Origin: Verrucomicrobiota bacterium
Lineage (GTDB): Bacteria; Verrucomicrobiota; Kiritimatiellia; RFP12; UBA1067
Length of the DNA stretch: 64,000 bases
Direction: 5' to 3'
NCBI GenBank assembly: GCA_023269675.1
Contig: JAHFSX010000033.1
Location: forward strand, 3,841-67,840
Below the pieces are notes generated by a model, which searched no databases, was not told where the DNA came from, and worked only from the letters and a program-made list of their open reading frames with translations. This document shows positions 28,493 through 37,724 of the stretch, one piece after another; positions within the stretch are counted from its first letter, which is position 1, and each line of letters opens with the position of its first letter. The position numbers were made by a program, and so were the translations under genes.

Positions 28493-28600
28493 TCCGGCAC
28501 GGCGAAGCGCAAAATGAAATGCGCCCTTTTGAAAAACGGGGAGTCTGCGGGAGTGCCGCTCGCGCGGACGACCTCAGGCAGGACACGGCAACCGCGTCTT

Positions 28601-29242
28601 TTATTCCGGCAACCCGCCGCACTTGACGCACAGCGCACGGATCGCTTCCGCCAGCTTCTCGATGCCGTCATCGTTGGGCATATACCGGTAAACCCGCGTA
28701 GAGGCGTCGCTCAGCACGGCGCGCACGATCGCCGTTTCGATCGGCACGCGCTTTTCGCGCGCAACCTCTTCGAAAACCGGGTCGGGTTTGGGCAGCAGCC
28801 GATTGAGATCAGGCATGGCGAGCATCACCACCTGGGCGTTTCGCTTGCGCGCGAGGTCAATCATGGCGCCGAGGCTGGCCTTCAGCTGCGCCCGGTCCGT
28901 TTTTTTCCACAGGTCCATCGCGCCGTAGCCCAGGATCACCAGATCCGGGGCGCACCCATCCAGCGCGGCGGGCAAACGCTTCAGGGCCGCTTCACTGAAC
29001 TCGCCGCCCTGTCCCAGGCTGACGACTTTACGTTTCATCACCCTGGCGAAGGTCTCGTCAATCTGGTTGGCCCGGAACAAGTCGCCCTCCTCGGTGACGC
29101 CGCCGGCGTAGATCAGAATGACTGCGTCCTGCGCCAGCGGCGTCATGCGGGGCACAGGCGCTTTCCTGCCGCATCCGGCCAGCCCCAGCGCAAGCACCGC
29201 CACGCCCAGCCACGCGCATCTCGTAAGTGGATTCTTATTCAT
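28601..29242 (-). CDS. TesA-like SGNH-fold lipoprotein with degenerate catalytic motifs
   Basis: Lipobox LGLAG-C; PDLVILGYGAMD and TesA-like layout, but GDS is replaced by AGG and DxxHPN by RYMPN. Confidence 0.65.
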   Translation of the reverse strand: MNKNPLTRCAWLGVAVLALGLAGCGRKAPVPRMTPLAQDAVILIYAGGVTEEGDLFRANQIDETFARVMKRKVVSLGQGGEFSEAALKRLPAALDGCAPDLVILGYGAMDLWKKTDRAQLKASLGAMIDLARKRNAQVVMLAMPDLNRLLPKPDPVFEEVAREKRVPIETAIVRAVLSDASTRVYRYMPNDDGIEKLAEAIRALCVKCGGLPE

Positions 29243-29263
29243 GGCTTCGACCTTGCTCCTCTC

Positions 29264-31108
29264 TTACTTGTTAACCGCCTTGAGGTGCTCCAGCAGGATG
29301 CGGCGAACCTCTTCGATCGTGAGGGGGTTCCCCTGGCAGCTGTGTTCGCTGGGCACGACGAATTCGGAAGCGACTCCCTCCAGATGGGCACTCGCGTATT
29401 TGACCACACCGTCATCGCCGTCCGGCGCCTTCATGCCCTCTCTGACTGAGATGATCGAGTGTGCCGTGACGGTCGGCGGTGTCGGGAGATCCGCTATGGC
29501 CGTCAGGAGCGGGTTGCCGGGGGCCATGCTGTCGATGCTGGTCGGAATGTCGTCAGAGAGTGTGCCGGGCAGCTTGATGCGCTTGGTGATCGTCAGCATT
29601 TCGGAACCGGTCTTCAGCACGTCCTGCGGCAACCGGATGAACCGGCGCGCGAGCCTCCGGGCGAACGAGCCCGCGAGGAAACTGCCGCGGTGGGGCGTGG
29701 AGATGAAGATGACGCGTTTGACCTGCGGCATGGGCGTAAAGATCGCGTACCGCTGGATGAGCGCTTGCTCTTCCGGCGCGAGATGCAGTTCCTGGAGCGT
29801 CTTGCCGGTCACCTTCCGGATGAGCGTCTCGCCGGTGTCCGTCGAGACCAGACGGGTCAGGAGACCGCCCTGACTGTGGCCGATGACCACCAGGTTCTTC
29901 AGGGCTGGGTCGACACCCTGCGGATCGCACTTCTGGAGCTGGGCGTCGAGCGCCTCGCGGAAGTTGCGGGCGGAGTAGACGATGGGCTTGCCGCTGTCGT
30001 ACAGGTAGAGCCAGAACTGGAAGTTCTCTCTGACGCGTGGATCGGCCGAGAGCGTGTTCAGCATCTCCGCCCACCAGACCGGACTGCTCATGGTGCCGTG
30101 CACCAGAACGACCGGGATCTTGCCGCGCTCGTAGGGCTGCGGGCTGTAGATGCCCGGGGGAAACGGCATCTGACCCAGCCGGAACATCTGCAGGCCAAGG
30201 CTCCAGAGGGCGGGGTTCTCGAGCACGTAGGCCAGCTGCGCGGTCAGGTCCGTTTCAAGGGGCACGGTCTGGCCATTAACAAGAATAGTGTGGCGGGTCA
30301 GCGGCGAGTAGATGTCCAGCACGCCCCGGCAGGAACCCTCGGAAAGTTCACGCAGCCCGCCTTCCACGCGCAGAAAGAGCGTGGCTGCGCTGGCCTTGCC
30401 GCCAGGGGCATCCGGTTGGCGCTTGCGCGAAGCCACAAGCGGTGCGCCCAGGCCGCCGCCGCGGTTGCGGACGCTCAGTCCCCGGATCAGAAAATCATCG
30501 GCCGGCGTGAAGGCCTCGTACGAGTCGACGGGCAAAGGCAGGTCGCTGACACCCCACCCGAGCGTGATCTTGCCGGCTGGCAGGACGACCGGAAGCGTCC
30601 CGAGTGTCGGTGGCTGGCGCCGCGCGAGCAGCGCCAGCGCCAGGCTCCGGTTGTAGACGTCGCACGCGACGCGAAACTGGCGGTCGAACGGGCTGGGCGG
30701 CGGTTCAGTGCCGGGCCCCAACAGGTAGAGGTAGGCGTAAAACGCGGAGGCGACATACATGTTCAACGGGCCGATGCGCTCGCCGCCGTTTTTAAAATAG
30801 ACGCCCCGCCGGCCCTGGTGAAAGCAGAGTTCCGAAAGGGCCAGCAGCGTGTCGCGCCGGTCATCGCGGCTGGCGATCGCGTGAAGCTCGCGGATACAGC
30901 CCAACGGGTCGCGGCTAACGGCCTTGTCGAAGTTGTAGCGGTGCACGACGGCCAGCGTCTGGCTGCTGTAGGTGCCGGAGTTCAGCGAGCTCCGGTTGAT
31001 CTGCTCATAGGCGACCCTCTCGCCGAGGCGGTTCACGCCCACCGGGGTCAGCGTGGCGCAACCGCCCGCCAGCAGAAGGACAACGGCAAGTCCGAATGAA
31101 CGGTTCAT
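29264..31108 (-). CDS. Alpha/beta-hydrolase (lipase/esterase) lipoprotein
   Basis: Lipobox LAGG-C; VLVHG, GHSQGG nucleophile, STPHRGS, DGVV, EHS. Confidence 0.88.
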   Translation of the reverse strand: MNRSFGLAVVLLLAGGCATLTPVGVNRLGERVAYEQINRSSLNSGTYSSQTLAVVHRYNFDKAVSRDPLGCIRELHAIASRDDRRDTLLALSELCFHQGRRGVYFKNGGERIGPLNMYVASAFYAYLYLLGPGTEPPPSPFDRQFRVACDVYNRSLALALLARRQPPTLGTLPVVLPAGKITLGWGVSDLPLPVDSYEAFTPADDFLIRGLSVRNRGGGLGAPLVASRKRQPDAPGGKASAATLFLRVEGGLRELSEGSCRGVLDIYSPLTRHTILVNGQTVPLETDLTAQLAYVLENPALWSLGLQMFRLGQMPFPPGIYSPQPYERGKIPVVLVHGTMSSPVWWAEMLNTLSADPRVRENFQFWLYLYDSGKPIVYSARNFREALDAQLQKCDPQGVDPALKNLVVIGHSQGGLLTRLVSTDTGETLIRKVTGKTLQELHLAPEEQALIQRYAIFTPMPQVKRVIFISTPHRGSFLAGSFARRLARRFIRLPQDVLKTGSEMLTITKRIKLPGTLSDDIPTSIDSMAPGNPLLTAIADLPTPPTVTAHSIISVREGMKAPDGDDGVVKYASAHLEGVASEFVVPSEHSCQGNPLTIEEVRRILLEHLKAVNK

Positions 31109-32166
31109 GGCAGATGCTCCTTGGATGTCGACGGATGAACTCCGGGAAGCCCCTCCCTGATAAGTTCCGAAAACGCCGGCGAGTCGCCGGCCGCGCGCGC
31201 GCGCTCATTGACAATGCTGCGTTGGCGCAGTTCGTCGAAAGGCAGAGAGGTGTCCAGCGCGCCGTTCTCGTAGGCGTGGCGGTCGGCATAGCCGTTGAGG
31301 ATGACGGACCAGTGCCAGCGGCCGCGCCCCTTGACGGCGTGCTGGCGCGCGATCTGAAAGAACCCGACCATGCAGTTCTCGGTCACGGCGTTGTACCACT
31401 CCGGTTTGCGGTTGAGCCCGTTGATCCGGTTCATGTAGTCCATAAAAACACCGCGCACGGCCTGGGACGGCGCCTTCACCATCCGGTAGAGCCGCACGGT
31501 CTCGCCTTGGCGGAAATTGGTGCGCAGGCCGACCAGATCGCGCTCGTCGCCGGCGATGAAGAGCACCTCGTACTGGCGGAAGAGCCCCTTGAAGGCCGAG
31601 TAGCTTTCTCCGACCTCTTTGCGGGTCTCGATCGAAAAGCAGAGGTACTGCCCATCGTCAAAGCCGAAGCTGAGCATGGTGTGGGCCACCTTATGCAGGC
31701 CCCAGTCGACCAGGAAAATGTCGGCGGTGCGCAGCTTGGCGAGGTCGTAACGCCGCGTCTCGAAGGCGGCGGTGAAGTTGGTCTCCGAGTGGTACGTGCA
31801 GTTGCGCACATTGTGGACCGTCACCTGATCGCCGCTGATCTCGGCGTAGGGCTGCTGCGCGACGTCCGGCTGCCACGCGCGGTCGTTCGAGGGCCGCATC
31901 AGATGGAAACAGAGCAAAGGGAGCAGAAAACACGCGGCGCCCTGCGGCACCAGCCAGCGGGGCGACGAGCGCACGCAGATGGCGAGATGGGCCGCACCGT
32001 ACAGCACCGCCAGCGCCACGCAGACCCCCTGCGGCCAACTGCCGTAATAGAGCGCGAAGATGCCCCACAGCCAGATCGGAAGGCAAAGCAGAAAAAAAAC
32101 CAAGCGGCACAGAACCGACCGGCCGGTCTTGGGGCGAATTTCGGACATAAGCGGGTTCTGCTGCAT
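31105..32166 (-). CDS. DUF4105 (Lnb N-terminal-like) membrane protein
   Basis: Three N-terminal TMs; VHNVRN, AHTMLSFGF, SIETRKE, DERDLVGLRT, YNAVTENC. Confidence 0.8.
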   Translation of the reverse strand: MQQNPLMSEIRPKTGRSVLCRLVFFLLCLPIWLWGIFALYYGSWPQGVCVALAVLYGAAHLAICVRSSPRWLVPQGAACFLLPLLCFHLMRPSNDRAWQPDVAQQPYAEISGDQVTVHNVRNCTYHSETNFTAAFETRRYDLAKLRTADIFLVDWGLHKVAHTMLSFGFDDGQYLCFSIETRKEVGESYSAFKGLFRQYEVLFIAGDERDLVGLRTNFRQGETVRLYRMVKAPSQAVRGVFMDYMNRINGLNRKPEWYNAVTENCMVGFFQIARQHAVKGRGRWHWSVILNGYADRHAYENGALDTSLPFDELRQRSIVNERARAAGDSPAFSELIREGLPGVHPSTSKEHLP

Positions 32167-32263
32167 CTCGCTCCCTTCACGGCCCCTTCGGCTGCAGGGG
32201 GCTCGCGTGAACGTTCACCCGGCGGTGTCTGAACAGGCGCAACCGTTGGCCATGATCGTCACG

Positions 32264-33298
32264 TTACTTGGCGTCAGAGGTCATGCTGGCGCGCAGACGC
32301 AGCAACCGGTCCTGATGGAACTGCGCGCGTTTCTGGGCCTCGTTTCTTTCGGCCACCAGCTGCTGGAACTTGCGGAAGTCGCTCTGCAGGTCGAGCGTCA
32401 TCTCCGCCAGCATCTTGTCGATCTCGAAAGCGGCTTTGCCGCTGAGCGGCTTGGTGTTCGGCGCGTTGGCGGTCAACAGCTCTTCCGCTTGCTGACGGCG
32501 CTCGGCGATGCGGTCCTGCTTCTCTTCGATCTCGTTTTTGATCTGCGCTTGGCGCTTCGGATCAGAGGTGGTCTTGAGCATCTCCCGAAGACCTTCGAGC
32601 TCGCGGGTCTGTTTGTCGATACCGGCCTTCAGATCCTGGACAAGCTCGGCTTTAATCTTGGCCGATCCGCCGACATCCTTCTCAAACCGCTTGAACTCCT
32701 TGGTCTCGGCGCTGTAATCGTATTCGTCATTGCGGTAACGCTCGTACCGGTTGAACTCCTCGTTTTGCGTCAGCGAGTTGGCCAAAGCCGAGATCTGACC
32801 GATGCGTTTCTCGATCCGCGCATCGAGGACTTTTGCGTCCTTCGCCAAACTCTCTTTCGAAACGGCGACGTTCGCTTCCGGCGCGACCAAAGCCTGGTCG
32901 CGTTTGTCGCGCTCCCGCACATAGAAGGCGATGCTGTTCTTAAGTCCCTCGATCGCCTTGTCCTTGGAGCGGCGGACCCGGCCACGCGAGTCGGTTGAAT
33001 CCTTGACGGTTGCGAGAAGTTTCACGATTCTGTCCACGCGGGACTCGATGTCGCCGTCCAGCGCGCGCAGCTGTTGGCTGATCGCGTCCAGCCGCTCTTG
33101 GCTCTTGGCCGCCTCGGCCGCCAGAACGTCGGCGTACTGCTGGCGCTGCGCGCGCTCAGACGCATCCGTTGCGCCGACCGCGGCAGGCGCCGGTTCCGCC
33201 GCGCGGTCAGCCGCCGCATCTGCCGCCATCGACTCCCCTGCCTTCAGCACCCCGGAGAGGACTGCCGCCACCATCCACATGCCCCTGTCGCGCTTCAA
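32264..33298 (-). CDS. Secreted coiled-coil hypothetical protein (paralog of 59456-60451)
   Basis: Charged helical sequence; TTG start chosen 5 nt after AAGGAGG; clear homology to the second copy. Confidence 0.7.
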   Translation of the reverse strand: MKRDRGMWMVAAVLSGVLKAGESMAADAAADRAAEPAPAAVGATDASERAQRQQYADVLAAEAAKSQERLDAISQQLRALDGDIESRVDRIVKLLATVKDSTDSRGRVRRSKDKAIEGLKNSIAFYVRERDKRDQALVAPEANVAVSKESLAKDAKVLDARIEKRIGQISALANSLTQNEEFNRYERYRNDEYDYSAETKEFKRFEKDVGGSAKIKAELVQDLKAGIDKQTRELEGLREMLKTTSDPKRQAQIKNEIEEKQDRIAERRQQAEELLTANAPNTKPLSGKAAFEIDKMLAEMTLDLQSDFRKFQQLVAERNEAQKRAQFHQDRLLRLRASMTSDAK

Positions 33299-33397
33299 AT
33301 CGACCTCCTTCATGCGTCGCCATCGCAACGCCGTTTTCATGTATGACTCGACCAACCCACACACAGCACTCACGCCGCGGCATCAGGATTACGTCCC

Positions 33398-33997
33398 CTA
33401 CCGCACGACCGTCGCGCTCCCGGCATCGGGATTGATGCGCGTGATCTTCGAGCCCTGAATGCCGATGCCCGCCATCAGACCCTTCTGGCTGAAAATAAAC
33501 GCGTAAACGTCTTTTTTCGCCGTCGTGGTCGTGAGCGTTTTGGCGAGCCCTTCATCGACGAGCACCACGCTGGGGCCGACGCCGACCTCCCAGCCCTCTG
33601 ACTTCTTCATGTACTCGATCGCCTCGTCGGACATCACGAACAGCGCATAGCTGAACTGCTGGGCGCCCGCCTGCAGCCCGTAAGACGCGGCGCTGATGTT
33701 GAAGTAGCCGAGGGGCCTGCCGTCGGGTGCCAGCGCCACGCCGTTACCGGACTGGCCGCCGATGATGAAGCCGGCCTTGTACACCTGCGGGAAAACCAAG
33801 ATCGCCTTGGCCTTGGAAACCAGCGTCCGGGAAAAAGGCATGGTTCTGTAGAGCTCTTGCAGAGCCGTGGCCGCGCTCTGGTTGATTTCCGCTTGCGTGG
33901 CCCGCCGGGGAAGCTTGACATCCGAGCTGGAGCTCTCGCACCCGGCGTTGACCAGCATGAGACCAACCAAAAAAAGACACGACACGACACGTTTCAT
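33398..33997 (-). CDS. YSC84/SYLF lipid-binding domain lipoprotein
   Basis: Lipobox VNAG-C; AILVFP..KAGFIIGGQ.G.G, SYGLQAG, KGLMAGIGIQGSKIT. Confidence 0.88.
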   Translation of the reverse strand: MKRVVSCLFLVGLMLVNAGCESSSSDVKLPRRATQAEINQSAATALQELYRTMPFSRTLVSKAKAILVFPQVYKAGFIIGGQSGNGVALAPDGRPLGYFNISAASYGLQAGAQQFSYALFVMSDEAIEYMKKSEGWEVGVGPSVVLVDEGLAKTLTTTTAKKDVYAFIFSQKGLMAGIGIQGSKITRINPDAGSATVVR

Positions 33998-34317
33998 AAC
34001 AGACCTCCTTGCATTGTTTACGCGACCCACAACAGGTAACAAAACACTTTGTGATGCATATTAGCAAAAACACTTCCTGCGGACTATACACTTCTCACAA
34101 ACTTCGACATGTTGTTTTCGAGACCCTAGCGCCGCATGCCGGTGACTGCGCGCGCGACAGCGGACGGAGCCGGGCGAGTTCCAACGTGAACAGAAAGACC
34201 TATGGGAACGGGAGGCGCTTCGTTCATTCCTGTTCGGATTGACGCTGAAAATCGCGGGCCGCCTCACGTGGGAAGGCAGCCCGCGCGGTTCACGAGCGAA
34301 CGCGCGTGTCAATTGGC

Positions 34318-36768
34318 TTACTGCCGCCCCAGGGCCGCGCCGATGGCGTCCTCCGGCTTGACCAGATGATCCGCATTGTTCGGGTCGTCCGCGATAGAAA
34401 GCTGCACGCCCTTGACCTCGCCGTTGAAACCGTTTCCGACAGGGCCGTAGTCCGGCGATACCGCGGAGCCCGAGTCCTCGCCGACATCGGTGCCGTCGTC
34501 GGCGGAGAAGATCACCGCCAGCGTCGCCGTGACGTCCCCTTCTCCGACCTTCTTGCCGTCGGTGTACAGGGTCACCTTGCCGCCCTTGCCGGGGCCGCCG
34601 CCGGCGTAGGCGAACTCCATGCGCACCTGGTGCTGGCCCGCGGGCAGCGGGTCTTTCGCCTCGGCAAAGAAGGTCTTGAAGCCGCCCCAGTTGTAGCAGT
34701 ACTTCAGCTTGCCGTTCTTGGCGTAAAGGCTCCAGCCGCCGATGTTCGCCCCCTGGCAGACGATGACCCCCTCGGCGCCCTTCTCCGGCACCACGATCTC
34801 GGCGGTGACGGCGTGCGACTTGTTCTTGATGTTCAGAACGCAATTCTCGCTCAAGCGCCCCATGCCGCCGAACAGGAGCTGGGTCTTGCCCTTGATCAGC
34901 ACCGGCCGGCCGGCGAGGTCCGGGTTTAGCTTCTCCATCATCCGGTCGTCCAGGGGCAGCACCTTGTAGCGCACGGCCTCGATCAGGAACAGGCGCTGCA
35001 GCTCGTGGAGCTTCTCCGGCATCTGCTTGGCAAGGTCGTGCGCCTGGCTCCAATCCTTGCCCGTGTCGTAGAGCTCCCACACATCGTCGTCGAAGGCGGG
35101 CCTCGCGGTCATGATCCAGGGCGTGTAGTGTTTCGTGACCGCGGTCCACCCCTTGTGGTAGATGCCGCGGTTGCCCATGATCTCGAAGTACTGCGTCTCG
35201 TGCCTTTCCGCCGCTTGGGCGTCGTTGAAGGCGTAGAGCATGCTGGTGCCCTCGATCGGGTCCTGCTGGATGCCGTTCACCGACTCCGGCTGCGGGAGCC
35301 CCGCCGCCTCGAGGACGGTCGGTGCCACGTCAATGACGTGGGTGAACTGGGAGCGGATCTCGCCCTTGGCCTTGATGCCCTTGGGCCAGTGGACGACGGT
35401 GGCGTTGCGCGTGCCGCCCCAGTGGGAGGCGACCTGCTTGGTCCACTGGTAAGGCGTGTTCATCGCCAGCGCCCAGCCGACCGCGTAGTGGTTGTAGGAC
35501 TCGGGCCCGCCGAGCTTGTCGATCCGCTCGGTCAGGTACTGGGCCGTCTCGAAGCCTTGCAGCCCGTTGAAGTAGCTCATCTCGTTGAAGGCCCCGTTGA
35601 CCCCGCCCTCGGCCGAGGCGCCGTTGTCGCCGACGATGTAGTAAATGAGCGTGTCATCGAGGATGTTCAGCTTCGCCAACGTCTCCACGACGCGGCCGAC
35701 CTCGTGGTCGGTGTACTCCATGAAGCCGGCGTAAACTTCCATCTCCCGGCGCAGCACGGGCTTGAACTCTTCGGGCATCGCGTCCCAGGCCGGCACCTCC
35801 TTGGGGCGCGCGGTGAGCTGGCAGTCCGCCGGGATGACTCCGAGCTTCTTCTGCCGGGCAAAGGTTTCCTCGCGCAGCTTGTCCCAGCCCTGGTCAAACT
35901 TGCCTTTGTACTTGTCGACCCAGTCCTTCGCCACATGATGCGGCGCGTGGGTGGCGCCGGGGGCGAAGTAGACAAAGAAGGGCTTGTCGGGTGCCAGCGC
36001 CTTCTGTTGGCCGATCCATTTGATGGCCTTGTCGGTCATGTCCGTCATGAGGTGGTAGCCTTGCTCGGGTGTCCTCTTGTTCTCCACCGGCGTGGTGCCC
36101 TCGTAGAGCGTCGGGTACCACTGGTTGGCCTCGCCGCCGAGGAAGCCGTAGAAGTACTCGAAGCCGCCGCCGCCCGTGGGCCAGGCGTCGAAGGGGCCGA
36201 CGGGGCTGGTCTGCCACACGGGGACTTCGTGGTTCTTGCCGAACTGCGCCGTGGAGTAGCCGTTGAGTTTGAGCGTCATCGCCAGGGGCGACATGGATTT
36301 CGGCAGCACCGAGCAGTAACCCGGCGCGCCGGTCGCGATTTCAGTGATCCCCGCCATGCCGCATGAGTGGTGGTTGCGCCCGGTGAGCAGCGCCTGACGG
36401 GTCGGCGAGCAAATGGCGGTGGTGTGGAAACGATTGAACTTCAGGCCGCCCGCGGCCAGCTTCTCCAGCGCCGGCGTCTGGCAGGGACCGCCGAAGGTGC
36501 TGGACGAGCCGAACCCGGCGTCGTCGATGAGGATGAGCAGAACGTTGGGCGCGCCCTGGGGCGGGCGCAGCTGCTCGATGGGCGGGAACTTGCTGTCCGG
36601 GTTCTTCGCGTCGTAAGTGGTCAGGGTAGGCGGCGGCGTGTTCGGCATGGGCAGGTGTGCCCGGTTTCTGACCGCGGCCGCACCGGAGGTTTGCTGCGCG
36701 CTCGCGGGACTCACAAACGTCGCGCCTAAAGCCAGGCCGAGCAGGAGCATGATGCTGCTTGTTTTCAT
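34318..36768 (-). CDS. Arylsulfatase (Cys-type) with C-terminal LamG-like domain
   Basis: PNVLLILIDD, CSPTRQALLTGR, FGKNH, DNG; signal peptide. Confidence 0.93.
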   Translation of the reverse strand: MKTSSIMLLLGLALGATFVSPASAQQTSGAAAVRNRAHLPMPNTPPPTLTTYDAKNPDSKFPPIEQLRPPQGAPNVLLILIDDAGFGSSSTFGGPCQTPALEKLAAGGLKFNRFHTTAICSPTRQALLTGRNHHSCGMAGITEIATGAPGYCSVLPKSMSPLAMTLKLNGYSTAQFGKNHEVPVWQTSPVGPFDAWPTGGGGFEYFYGFLGGEANQWYPTLYEGTTPVENKRTPEQGYHLMTDMTDKAIKWIGQQKALAPDKPFFVYFAPGATHAPHHVAKDWVDKYKGKFDQGWDKLREETFARQKKLGVIPADCQLTARPKEVPAWDAMPEEFKPVLRREMEVYAGFMEYTDHEVGRVVETLAKLNILDDTLIYYIVGDNGASAEGGVNGAFNEMSYFNGLQGFETAQYLTERIDKLGGPESYNHYAVGWALAMNTPYQWTKQVASHWGGTRNATVVHWPKGIKAKGEIRSQFTHVIDVAPTVLEAAGLPQPESVNGIQQDPIEGTSMLYAFNDAQAAERHETQYFEIMGNRGIYHKGWTAVTKHYTPWIMTARPAFDDDVWELYDTGKDWSQAHDLAKQMPEKLHELQRLFLIEAVRYKVLPLDDRMMEKLNPDLAGRPVLIKGKTQLLFGGMGRLSENCVLNIKNKSHAVTAEIVVPEKGAEGVIVCQGANIGGWSLYAKNGKLKYCYNWGGFKTFFAEAKDPLPAGQHQVRMEFAYAGGGPGKGGKVTLYTDGKKVGEGDVTATLAVIFSADDGTDVGEDSGSAVSPDYGPVGNGFNGEVKGVQLSIADDPNNADHLVKPEDAIGAALGRQ

Positions 36769-36848
36769 GGTTGATAATTTCCGTTTAAGGACGTTTGGAC
36801 GTTAGAACAGGATTGGTCTTTAACCCCAGACGAAATCGCCTTCGCGAC

Positions 36849-37724
36849 TCACTTGGGCGGGGCCACGGTCAGCCGCTGACCGAACAGCACACAGTTGAAC
36901 AGCGCCCGGCTGACCTCGTAGCGGGTCAGGAAGCGATTGCTGCCCGGCGCTTCCTCGTGCGACACCACCACTTGCTGATCGAGGTCGTAAATGCGCGCCA
37001 GCAACGTTTCATGTTCCCAGACCGCGGGATTCGCCAGATCAATGTCAGATGCGAAACTGAACAGCTTGCGGCCGGCCTCCCAAAACACCCAGATCTCGTT
37101 CGCGACCGGTGACAGCGGCGCGATGTGGACGATCTTATCACCTGCAAAATCATTGGTGGCGAGGATCCCCTCTCTGGAAGCCTCTTTGCGGAGCGCCTGC
37201 TGCAGCCGCGCGACCAGCGCCGGGTCGGGATAATCATGCTGGGCGCGGGTGCGGAAGAGGTAGTCGCGCAGCTCCTGCATATCGACCTCGACCACTTCCG
37301 CGCCTTGGGGCGCACCCTCGGGCAAATCCCCGCGGATCACCTGGGTTATCCTGAAGTTCGCGCTTTTGACCTCCGTGCCCAACTCCTCGATGCGGTAGTC
37401 CGCCTTTTTGACCCTCACGCGCAGGCCGACCTGCGGCAGGAGAATCTCAGCCACGGCGCTGCGGTCGCCCGGGTCGAGAGGAAGATCCAGACGCCTGACC
37501 CAAAACACCACTTTTTTGGCGCCGACCATGCGGTCCACTTCAGCCTCGTCGAGCTGCCAGCGGTAAAGATAGCGGACGATCTCGAACAGGTACGGTTGCC
37601 GGACCAGTTCCGAAGGCACAGACGCGGCGCGCGCGGGCTTGGCCGGGGCCACGCTCTGACAGGCGGACAACAGAACGACCAGCGTCAGGGACAAGACCGC
37701 GGCGCATGCTTTGAATCTGCTCAT
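36849..37724 (-). CDS. Hypothetical lipoprotein
   Basis: Start MSRFKACAA, lipobox LLSA-C; ATGA overlap with the upstream gene. Confidence 0.7.
   Translation of the reverse strand: MSRFKACAAVLSLTLVVLLSACQSVAPAKPARAASVPSELVRQPYLFEIVRYLYRWQLDEAEVDRMVGAKKVVFWVRRLDLPLDPGDRSAVAEILLPQVGLRVRVKKADYRIEELGTEVKSANFRITQVIRGDLPEGAPQGAEVVEVDMQELRDYLFRTRAQHDYPDPALVARLQQALRKEASREGILATNDFAGDKIVHIAPLSPVANEIWVFWEAGRKLFSFASDIDLANPAVWEHETLLARIYDLDQQVVVSHEEAPGSNRFLTRYEVSRALFNCVLFGQRLTVAPPK

Noticed and set aside
34038-34093. Three ACACTT direct repeats upstream of the YSC84 gene
   Set aside because: Irregular spacing (26 and 18 bp) and a short motif in AT-rich DNA; not distinguishable from chance.
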